Assembly (NCBI GenBank): GCA_016213845.1
Contig: JACQZN010000082.1
Location: 32,431-96,430 of the forward strand
Length of the DNA: 64,000 nt
Source: Candidatus Wallbacteria bacterium
GTDB taxonomy: Bacteria; Muiribacteriota; UBA6191; JACPRK01
Direction of reading: 5' to 3'
Shown: piece by piece, positions 35,301-42,582 of the stretch
Layout of the letters: each line of letters opens with the position of its first letter
How positions within the stretch are numbered: the first letter of the stretch is position 1
The notes under the pieces: model-generated
Told to the model about the DNA's origin: nothing
Database searches by the model: none
Seen by the model: only the letters and a program-made list of their open reading frames with translations
Translations under genes and position numbers: made by a program

Positions 35301-38139
35301 CGGCGAAAGCGACGCGGACGGCGAGCCGGCAACGACGCGCGTCATCTTCCAGGCCTATGCCGACGGCGTCGCCTACGTTCGGGTTCGCGCCCGGGAGCCC
35401 GAAGATGAGGGCAGCTATTCCGTCAGTGCCGTCCTGCTGCCCGAGGGGACCATCGACGACCACGTGGACGATGCCGGCATCCTGGCAGTTCGCGTGCCCG
35501 TGCAGCAGGCGCAACACGGGTTGATCGGGCGGACCGGCGACGTCGACGTCGTCCATTTGAAGCTGCGGGACGGCATCCGCTACCGGATCGCTGTGCGGCC
35601 GTTGACGCTCCCCGAGGTCCGTGTCGACCTCCTCGGTCCTGGCGGCGCCGCGCTGCTGCCGCAGCGTGCGTCGTCGTCTCCGGGCGGTTCCGTCGAGTTC
35701 ACCCTGACGGCGACCGGCACCGCGGGAGTCTTCGTTCGAATCGCCGGCAAGACCGCGTCCCAGGTCGGCAAGTGGCTTCTCTTCTACGACTTCGCCGATC
35801 CGCCGAGCATCTCCGTTACCGAGACCCGCAGCGGCAGTCAGCTCCTGGTCGACCTCGACATCGACGGTCTTCCCGCGGCGATCGAGGCGATGGAGATGCC
35901 GCTCGAGTTCGAGGGCGACGGGCTTCGCTACACCGGGACCGCGGTGCCGGGTCCGGCTGCCGAGGGGTTGCTGCTGCTCGACACCGGTGGAGAGAACCTC
36001 GGCTACCTCGGTCTTTCGTTCTATGCCGAGGAATCGCTCGATCCCGCGCGACAGCCGAGGAACGGCCGGCTGGTGCGGCTGGTGTTCGACGTCGTGAATC
36101 CCGGCGAGCTGGTTGCCGACAGTTTCGGCACGACCAAGGTCGACGTCGTCACGCCGGACTTCGAGCAGTTCTCGCTCTTCGCCCCGCGGGCCGACGCCGG
36201 CGTGGGGCAGACCGTGCTGCTGGAGCGGACCGCGCAGGGGCAGGTGCTACGCACCCTGGTGGACCCGTTGGACCCTTCGGGTCCGAGAGTGGACTTCGTG
36301 CGCCTGGACGGCAGCCTGAGCGCCGACGAGAGCCCGTTCCCGGCGACGCTCACCTATCGCTGGAGTGTCACGACCAGCCCGGTGCCGGTCACGCTGGCGC
36401 AGCCCGCCAGCTCGGTGCCGACCTTCGCGCCCACGACCCCCGGGTACTACGAGTTTGGTCTCAAGGTCCAGGGCGGGGGTCTCACCAGCCCGCTCCACGC
36501 CGTCGGAGTCGAGATCGGCATCGCCAACGAATCGCCCACGGCTCAGCCGGCCGCCTACGACCCTGCCACCGATCGCTCGACCACCCCGGAGGAGCCGGTC
36601 CTGCAACTGCAAGCGGGCGGCGGTCGCGTGGAGCTCGACGGAGGAGATTCCTTCGATCCGGACGCCGCGGAGGGCGACGTGCTGCAGTACCAGTGGCGTC
36701 AGCTCGGCGGACCTACGGTGAGTCTGTCGCCCTCGGCCCAGGACGTGACCCCCTCGTTTGCGCCGACGAGCCCGGGGAACTTCGTCTTCGAGCTGAAGGT
36801 AGTCGACGCCGCCGGGCTCGAGAGCATCCCGCGCCAGGTGAGCGTGCTGGCGACTCCGGGCGCCACCCTGGCGCCGCTGGCGCTTACCGCTCGCGCTTCC
36901 GGCCGCAAAGCCGTGGGTGCTGCCCTGCCGATCTCGGTGGTCGACGTGCAGGACCGCTCGCTGCGCGTGACGCTGCCCGCGACCGTGACCCTGAGCGCCT
37001 CGCTGGCCGCGAGGCCGTCCCAGGACACGACGGGCTATCTCCAGTTCTTCTGGCAGCAGGTCGAGGGCTCGCCCGTGTCACTTTCGTTGCCTCTGGCCGT
37101 CGTCGAGGAACTGCAGTCGGCGACGGTCTTCGAGCCGGCGACGGCTGGCGTCTTCGAGTTCGACTGCCTGGTACAGGAGCAGGACGAGCTTGGTCAGTCG
37201 ACGGGAGTCGAGTTGGGGCGCCGCATCCGGGTGGTCGTGGACGGGCTCGACAATGGCGTGCCGGTTTCGGTGGCGGTGCCGAGGAGCCTGGACGCGAAGG
37301 CCGCGCCGGCCGGCGCCAACGAGCCGGCCGTCGTGCGCGTCGCCAGTGGGGGGCGCGTGCAGCTCGACGGCGGCCGGTCGCGGGATCTCGGGGCCGGAGC
37401 AGACCTGAGCCTCGCCTACCAGTGGACGCAGATCTCGGGGCCGCCCGTGGTGCTATCCAACCCGTTCGCTTCACTGACCACGTTCGTGTCGCCCGTCTTT
37501 CCGGATATGTCGCGGCCGCTGGTGTTCGCGCTGTTCGTGGACGACGGGTCGGTCCGCAGCGCGCCGGCTCTGGCCGTCGTGGAAGTCCAGGAGACCAGCC
37601 GGCTGTCGAGCGGTCTGGACCTGGGAGGCGGCGCGAACTTCATCGGCGTCGGGGTCGCGCCGCGAGGAGGTCCGGGAACGTACTACGCGTCCGATCTGGC
37701 GCTCGACGCCGGGGTCTCGATGCTGGTGCGGCTCGAGTCGACGCCCGCGGGGCGCCGCTTCCGGCCCTTCTTTGCCGGGACCGGCGAGCGCGGCTTCCTG
37801 GTGCAGGGAAACGAAGGCTATCTCCTCTTCGGCAGCGGCGGGGCGCAGAGGCGGTCCCTGTTCGGGTCGGCGTGGGACTCCTCGCAGCTGCAGAAGCAAC
37901 TGGCCGACGGGCTGAACCTGGTGGCGATGCCGCGAGGAGTGCCGGCAGGCTTCACGGTTGGGTCGCTGGCTGCGCTCACGGGTGCACGCTTCGTCGCGTA
38001 CACCGAGCAGGTTGGCGGAAGGGCCCGCACGAGCGTCTACGTTCCGGGATTGTCGCTCACGGCGCCGGCCGTCGTGAGCGGCAAGTCCTACCTTCTGAGC
38101 GTCCCCGGAACACCTGCTGTCAGCCTGCCGGGGAGATGA
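32359..38139 (+). CDS. Giant secreted multi-repeat protein (1926 aa): about 8 CARDB-like domains, 3 PPC (pre-peptidase C-terminal)-like domains, 4-5 PKD/K319-like repeats
   Basis: Signal peptide VVARWLCLAGFLAIASSASG. CARDB repeats follow the pattern DLxVxxxxxPxxxxxGxxxxxxVxVxNxGxxxA (e.g. DLTVDAVDAPTAIPVGRPFQATVDLSNGGTTAA). Three DDHPDAYTLTRP..DVDFFRF PPC-like units are present. Y(Q/R)W(R/T)Q..GP PKD-like repeats occur in the C-terminal third. No catalytic domain was found. Confidence 0.75.
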   Translation: MRPPAIGPDRVRPIERPWGAFDLSRAGVVARWLCLAGFLAIASSASGQPNPQVVAISAPALAASSDSAPVTVTVRNAGSSATEAPVRVGLLAVSAGTSGVASSAEFDDSIEASEPLAPGESRDFETRVRVLLPAGSARLAAFVDPQGELEESDETDNDFVGDAVLQVVDPTGNLVVDGLELPGSASLGESVPLTVTVRNAGTGPLRFSSGFAVVLSTTTAPGPGAIVVNYGRGVEALPAGARATDSLRFTVPLGIEPGRYYVVPIADYNREAGETSESDNALQARSIDLSTPTVDLTVDAVDAPTAIPVGRPFQATVDLSNGGTTAASMPFVLSIVVTRDLTSTDTEPSIGSRTIDALAAGGSLSTTVACRVPATIAPGDYALSALVDADALYGELDKANNRRASSGGLAVSTADVDLTIEAIRVPTGGVIGGPVRARFSVSNLGTGAVPEAFYVGFYLSTDGERSDTDAYLGERYVESLEGGQTTTFTAESRLPLALTSGAYFYLAVADRDHGIDEENESNNLSATPFSARASRIDLVPVAVTAPASGAPMEFVPLFVSVENRGTDDSPPFLVLFSASPGPVLTDTAILIGQSYFTQGGLAAGERRLEGPFFADVPEGTPEGSYTLFATVDQDDRASESNESNNNLAAVAPFAITTAASSVDDHPDAYTLTRPSEDLLPGDGRPVLARHERVRDVDFFRFQAGAGDQIVLDVFGQPSSFVDTLVELLGPDGKQLGSNDNFGDISRSRVGPIAAPSTGTYFVAVRETQPFGQGPYVLRARLERGQPDLTVAVSPPAPASVPQGLRFRTTVTVSNVGQAIALGGAKVKLFLSADSAITTSDIAVGEVEAPDLPAGASVRRAAELLADGFEADPGSYFVGAIADPGRAVPQTNFANDVAVAPTRLTVTQAPDDHPGRAALTRPLEDGLTLDGDWVYARVERPGDEDFFRFDVLADQIYMVETLPGTLATRHLTVFRDGEIDVAGESDADGEPATTRVIFQAYADGVAYVRVRAREPEDEGSYSVSAVLLPEGTIDDHVDDAGILAVRVPVQQAQHGLIGRTGDVDVVHLKLRDGIRYRIAVRPLTLPEVRVDLLGPGGAALLPQRASSSPGGSVEFTLTATGTAGVFVRIAGKTASQVGKWLLFYDFADPPSISVTETRSGSQLLVDLDIDGLPAAIEAMEMPLEFEGDGLRYTGTAVPGPAAEGLLLLDTGGENLGYLGLSFYAEESLDPARQPRNGRLVRLVFDVVNPGELVADSFGTTKVDVVTPDFEQFSLFAPRADAGVGQTVLLERTAQGQVLRTLVDPLDPSGPRVDFVRLDGSLSADESPFPATLTYRWSVTTSPVPVTLAQPASSVPTFAPTTPGYYEFGLKVQGGGLTSPLHAVGVEIGIANESPTAQPAAYDPATDRSTTPEEPVLQLQAGGGRVELDGGDSFDPDAAEGDVLQYQWRQLGGPTVSLSPSAQDVTPSFAPTSPGNFVFELKVVDAAGLESIPRQVSVLATPGATLAPLALTARASGRKAVGAALPISVVDVQDRSLRVTLPATVTLSASLAARPSQDTTGYLQFFWQQVEGSPVSLSLPLAVVEELQSATVFEPATAGVFEFDCLVQEQDELGQSTGVELGRRIRVVVDGLDNGVPVSVAVPRSLDAKAAPAGANEPAVVRVASGGRVQLDGGRSRDLGAGADLSLAYQWTQISGPPVVLSNPFASLTTFVSPVFPDMSRPLVFALFVDDGSVRSAPALAVVEVQETSRLSSGLDLGGGANFIGVGVAPRGGPGTYYASDLALDAGVSMLVRLESTPAGRRFRPFFAGTGERGFLVQGNEGYLLFGSGGAQRRSLFGSAWDSSQLQKQLADGLNLVAMPRGVPAGFTVGSLAALTGARFVAYTEQVGGRARTSVYVPGLSLTAPAVVSGKSYLLSVPGTPAVSLPGR

Positions 38140-38219
38140 GCCCGGAGGCGGCGTGTTAGGATGGGCGCGTTACGAGAGCAGCCGCCGGCTCGAGCGGCAG
38201 CGAAAAGGAGAGTGACCGG

Positions 38220-38525
38220 ATGATTCGAATCCAGCGCTTGGGGTGGGGCCACCGGCTGATCGCGTTCGCCGTGGCGGGAGCTTTCAGCTTGATGTCTTTC
38301 GGCTGTGGCGGGGGAGCTGCGCCTGCGGCCACCGACGTCGCCAAGGACGCGGTCAAGGAGACGGCGACGACGCTGGTGAAGGACGCTGCGAAGGACGCGG
38401 CCACGAGCGCGGACAAGGGCTCGGCCAAGGATGCGGAAAAGCCGAAGGCCACCTACAACGAGGTCGGCGAGACCGACATCACCAAGGACGACAAGCCGAA
38501 GACGGTGCCGCAGAATCCCAAGTGA
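38220..38525 (+). CDS. Small lipoprotein with KDA/AKDA repeats (disordered)
   Basis: Signal peptide with SFGC lipobox-like cysteine, then VAKDAVKETATTLVKDAAKDAATSADKGSAKDAEKPK. Confidence 0.5.
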   Translation: MIRIQRLGWGHRLIAFAVAGAFSLMSFGCGGGAAPAATDVAKDAVKETATTLVKDAAKDAATSADKGSAKDAEKPKATYNEVGETDITKDDKPKTVPQNPK

Positions 38526-38557
38526 GCGGGCGGAAGGCTCGAGGCCCGGGCGAGGTT

Positions 38558-39577
38558 TCAGGCGCGTGCGGCGAGCGACTCGTAGAGCCTCAGGTGCAGG
38601 GAAGTCTCCACTGCGGGTGAGAATCGCTCCCGGGCGACCCGGCGGGCGGCGTCGGCCAGGCTCGGCCCAAGGGAGGGATCGCTGGCCAGTCTCTCTACGC
38701 ACTCGATGAAGCCTTCCTCGCCCGAGTAGACCAGGCCCGTCACGCCGTGCTCGACCAGGTCCCGGTTGCCCGGGACGTCGCTGACGACGACGGGTCTGCC
38801 CCACCACATCGCCTCGAGGATGGCGTTGGGCATGCCGCCCTCGGACTCCGAGGTATTGAGCGCGGCGTCGCCGCCGGCCAGGATGGCGGGCAGCTGCTCG
38901 TGACGCAGGTCGCCGGCGTAGGCGACCCAGGTGCGGCGGCGAATCTCGATGAAGAGCCGCTCGGCATAGGGGCGGTCCAGGATCGGGCCGAGGTAGAGCA
39001 ATCGCAGCGTGGGCAGGCGCTCTCGCAGGCGCTCCAGCGGGCCGATCGGGAACAGGTTCCCCTTCACGGGCCGGATGCCGGCGATGTGGAGCAGGGTGAA
39101 GGCGTCCGGCTTGCCGCCGTAGGAGCCCGTTCGAGGCGCGGGCCATCCGGCGACGTAGGGGGCCTGGGGAATGATGTGGAGCTTCCCGCAAAGGTGAGGG
39201 AAGTGGTCGCTAGCGAACCTCGCGGTGGTCGGCGTGAAGGCGACGACGGCGTTGGCCCGATCCAGCACCAGGCGCGTGGTTTCGGGCACAGGCGCGACTG
39301 CGTCGCCGAAGAGGTCCGTTCCGGTCAACGTGATCACGCAGGGCGCCGAAAGCTCCGAGGCCAGTGCGAGGGTCGCAGGGCCGGCGGCGACTGCATGGAA
39401 GCCGTGGACCACGGCCGTCGGGCCGGAGGTGTGGGCCGGGCGGAGCACTCGGCCGTCCGGCGAGCGGACCTCGACAGAGCATCCGGCCCGGCCGAGCTCC
39501 GCGGCGATGCGCTGCACGGTGATGGAGTTGCCCCGGGTGGAAGGGGCGAAGTGAGGGGTCACGAGAACGACGCGCAT
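38558..39577 (-). CDS. Glycosyltransferase family 4 (GT-B, GT1 clan)
   Basis: Start MRVVLVTPHF at 39577. C-terminal EX7E-like region (GGMPNAILEAMWWGRPVVVSDVPG..E). The upstream 159 codons in the ORF track are non-coding. Confidence 0.75.
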   Translation of the reverse strand: MRVVLVTPHFAPSTRGNSITVQRIAAELGRAGCSVEVRSPDGRVLRPAHTSGPTAVVHGFHAVAAGPATLALASELSAPCVITLTGTDLFGDAVAPVPETTRLVLDRANAVVAFTPTTARFASDHFPHLCGKLHIIPQAPYVAGWPAPRTGSYGGKPDAFTLLHIAGIRPVKGNLFPIGPLERLRERLPTLRLLYLGPILDRPYAERLFIEIRRRTWVAYAGDLRHEQLPAILAGGDAALNTSESEGGMPNAILEAMWWGRPVVVSDVPGNRDLVEHGVTGLVYSGEEGFIECVERLASDPSLGPSLADAARRVARERFSPAVETSLHLRLYESLAARA

Positions 39578-39645
39578 GATCGGAGAGAGGCTACCACGGG
39601 GGGGCCGTTCCACGCGGCCCAGGGTGGGGTGGGCGTGGCTCCGCG

Positions 39646-40281
39646 CTACTTGCTCGCCGGGCGGGCCGGGACCCAGCGGGTGCGCCGGGACTGGCTCAGC
39701 GTGTCGACGAGCGCGAGCTGGCCGCGGAGCGTCATGAGGCGAGTTGTCGCTGCGCTTGCGGCGGAGCTGTCCATCCCGCCGTAGGGCACGGCGACTTCGT
39801 AGAGCACGAGGTCGCCCCCCAGGCCGCCCCGGAAGTCGATGTCGAAGCGCGCGACGCGCGTGGCGCCGATCTGCACGGCTCGCCCGCCGGCCTGGCGGAC
39901 GACGCGGCGGGTGGCGCGGTCGAGGCCGTAGACGACCTTCTCGACGGCCTCGCCCTGGGCCTTGCCCGCAGTGCGGCGATAGAACGTGACACGGTCGAAG
40001 GTGCCCGGGTCGACCGCCGCCGCCGATTCGAGCAGCAGCGGCTTGCCGCCCCATTTCTCGTATTCCTCGAGGCCGGGAAGCGCCAGGCTCGAGAGGTCGG
40101 CGCGCAGGTGCTCGACGATCGATTCGGCGCCGCGCAGGGCGGTGAGCCTGCCGATGCTGGCCGAGACGCGCTTGTTGTCGAAGTAGTAGAGCGTCCAGAG
40201 GACTGTGAACGTGATGATGGTGAGGAGGAGGCCGACGACGATCTCGATCATCGAGAAGGCGGCGCGGCGGCGGGCTCTCAA
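39646..40281 (-). CDS. Minor pseudopilin, GspJ-like (prepilin-type N-terminus)
   Basis: Putative TTG start overlapping the upstream stop (TTGA). The N-terminus MRARRRAA/FSMIEIVVGLLL has prepilin cleavage/methylation-like F+1 and E+5. The start codon is uncertain. Confidence 0.55.
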   Translation of the reverse strand: MRARRRAAFSMIEIVVGLLLTIITFTVLWTLYYFDNKRVSASIGRLTALRGAESIVEHLRADLSSLALPGLEEYEKWGGKPLLLESAAAVDPGTFDRVTFYRRTAGKAQGEAVEKVVYGLDRATRRVVRQAGGRAVQIGATRVARFDIDFRGGLGGDLVLYEVAVPYGGMDSSAASAATTRLMTLRGQLALVDTLSQSRRTRWVPARPASK

Positions 40282-40772
40282 TTGCAGTCCTCCACAGGCG
40301 GCTTGGAGGTGAAGGGGGGCAGCGCTGCCAGGGATCGCCTCGGGTTGGAGACCAGGCGGTCGCAGGTCAGGGAGAGCTCGCGGTCGGGGGCGGTGGAGCG
40401 CCATTTGACGGTGGCCTGCAGCCGGATCAGTCCGCCAACCTCGAGCCGGGCGAGCCGGACCTGGCGGGAGACGTCCCGAGCGGAGACGCCGGCGCCGGCA
40501 ACGCCGCCGAGCGCGGCCTGGATCTCGGGGGCGGCACCTGACAGCGTGAGCTCCTTGGCGTCGCCGAGCAGTGCGTCGAGCCGGGCGTAGCCGAGGGAGC
40601 CGGCGAAGTGCTCGAGAAGGTGCTCGGCTTCGCTCTGGGCGCGGAGCTGGGTCTCGCCCTGTTGACCGCGCCTGCGGGAGAGCGTGTTGAGCCCCAGGAG
40701 CGGCACGATGGCGGCGACGATCAGGACCAGCGCCACGAGGATCTCGGTGAGCGTGAAGGCGCGACGGGTCAT
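40278..40772 (-). CDS. Minor pseudopilin, GspH/I-like
   Basis: MTRRAFTLTEILVALVLIVAAI is a canonical prepilin N-terminal motif (F+1, E+5). It is 164 aa. The ATG overlaps the upstream stop (ATGA). Confidence 0.75.
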   Translation of the reverse strand: MTRRAFTLTEILVALVLIVAAIVPLLGLNTLSRRRGQQGETQLRAQSEAEHLLEHFAGSLGYARLDALLGDAKELTLSGAAPEIQAALGGVAGAGVSARDVSRQVRLARLEVGGLIRLQATVKWRSTAPDRELSLTCDRLVSNPRRSLAALPPFTSKPPVEDCN

Positions 40773-42550
40773 CGGGCGCTCCTGGCGACCACGCGGCTGT
40801 CGAGCGCCGGGCTGAGCGCGACGGCCAGGTGGTCCGGGTAGACGCGCACGGAACCGTCGGGGAGCTCTTCGGTGGCGACCAGCCGCTGGTCGGGCACGAC
40901 GGTTCCGGCTGAGGTGTCGAGCCGCTCTGTGATGAGACTTCCGACGATCCGCGTTTCAGGGCCCGGCGCCAGGACGAGCGGGCCGCGGGCGATGAGGGCG
41001 GCATGCACTTCGCCCGAGACGGTGAGCCTGCCGAAGCAGATGACGGTCAGCGTGCTCTGGGGATCGGCGGCCGGGATATCGGACACGGTGACGTCACCGG
41101 ATGCGATGACGACGAGGCGTCCGCGGGAAGGGCCCGTCAGCTCCAGCGGTCCGGACTTCGCGTTGTCGACGGCGACGACGCCGTTGGCCGAGCGGCCCGC
41201 CGGGTCCATCTCGCGGCGGAAGGCTTCGAAGGCCCGGTTGGCCGATTCTCCCGGCGCCGGCTTGACGTCGTAAAAGAACTTGTCGCGGAAGCGGGGGTTG
41301 TCGAGCGAGAAGCGATCGAGGAGGTTGCGGTAGTACTCGAGCGCGTTGCCCTCGGGCGCCGGCGTGGCGGCGCCGACGGCGTGCATCAGCCGGGGTGCGG
41401 GGCCCGTGCGGCATCCGGAGAACCAGGGGGGCGCGAAGACTTCGAGCAGGATCTTGGCATCCAGCTCGGCCAGCCTGCGCACGTTGGCGATGACGGCGCG
41501 CACGGAGGCAGGGTCCGTTATCTGGCCTGACTTCAGCGCGGATTCGTCCTGGCGGGCCGTGGCGTGGACGGTCTTCCAGCGTTGCTCGAAGGCGCGCCAG
41601 GAAGGGGGGCCCAGCCGCGCGAGATCCAGCGGGCGGTTGGACTTGGCCAGGCTGAAGACGACCACGCCGGGCTCTGGGAAGCCGAACGAGAGCGGCGCGT
41701 AGCGCGTTTCGTAGTCGCGGATCTTCTCGAGCGCACCGGTGGGGATGGCCCGGACTTCGCGCTGCAGGTCCTCTATCGTCTGGGCCGTTATCGCCTGTCC
41801 GAGCGGCGCGGCGGCCATGGCTGACTTGAACTGCTCCATGGCCTGGTCGACGTCCTCCTTGAGCTTGCGGATGCGCTCGAGATCGGCGCGCAGCAAGCGA
41901 ATGACGCGGTTGGCACTGGGCCAGGGGTCGGCTGGGGAGCCTCGATCGAGCCCCAGGAAGCCGGCCCCGTCGTGGACGTAGAGCGCGACCCGATCGAACG
42001 GGACCGGGGGGCCCAGCACGGCCACCTTGAACTCCTGCGTCATCTCGACGTCCCGGACGACGGCGTCGGCGGAGCGCAGCAGCGGGTAGGCGGTGACGGT
42101 CGCCCGGTAACGCAGCAGGCCGCGGCTCTCGAAGGCGAGGCGGTCGAAGGGGTCCTGGGAGAGCACTCGCACGTCGACGACGCTGTTTTCGAGCGCGAAC
42201 CGGCGGTAGCGCTCCTCGCGCATCAAAGTTCGTACCCGGCCGCCCTCCAGTGCGTTGACGCGCAGCACGGCATCCGGGAGCTTGCGGCGGCCCAGCCCCA
42301 AGCGGAAGAATGTGGCGACTTCGTCGCCGGCGGCGTTGGCACGCTCGGCCAGCTCGAAGCGCGTCTCCTCGATGGCGCTTTCGGCCAGCAGCGTCGCCAC
42401 GGAGCCGTCGGCGTCGCGCTGCGTCGTGAAGAGGACCTGGGAAGAGAAGCGGTCGTGGCCCAGTGCCATCGCCAGCAAGACCAGCAGCGCCACCATGACC
42501 AGCACCACCAGGCTTCCCACGCCACGGCGGCCCGAGCGCGCGCGTCTCAC
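40769..42550 (-). CDS. GspK-like large minor pseudopilin / membrane-anchored periplasmic protein (593 aa)
   Basis: The N-terminus RGVGSLVVLVMVALLVLLAMAL resembles GspK-type degenerate prepilin segments (no F+1/E+5). The rest is periplasmic. It is about 260 aa longer than typical GspK. Confidence 0.45.
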   Translation of the reverse strand: MRRARSGRRGVGSLVVLVMVALLVLLAMALGHDRFSSQVLFTTQRDADGSVATLLAESAIEETRFELAERANAAGDEVATFFRLGLGRRKLPDAVLRVNALEGGRVRTLMREERYRRFALENSVVDVRVLSQDPFDRLAFESRGLLRYRATVTAYPLLRSADAVVRDVEMTQEFKVAVLGPPVPFDRVALYVHDGAGFLGLDRGSPADPWPSANRVIRLLRADLERIRKLKEDVDQAMEQFKSAMAAAPLGQAITAQTIEDLQREVRAIPTGALEKIRDYETRYAPLSFGFPEPGVVVFSLAKSNRPLDLARLGPPSWRAFEQRWKTVHATARQDESALKSGQITDPASVRAVIANVRRLAELDAKILLEVFAPPWFSGCRTGPAPRLMHAVGAATPAPEGNALEYYRNLLDRFSLDNPRFRDKFFYDVKPAPGESANRAFEAFRREMDPAGRSANGVVAVDNAKSGPLELTGPSRGRLVVIASGDVTVSDIPAADPQSTLTVICFGRLTVSGEVHAALIARGPLVLAPGPETRIVGSLITERLDTSAGTVVPDQRLVATEELPDGSVRVYPDHLAVALSPALDSRVVARSAR

Positions 42551-42582
42551 GCCGGTATTCTAGCGGAACCTCGCTCGCCGGC

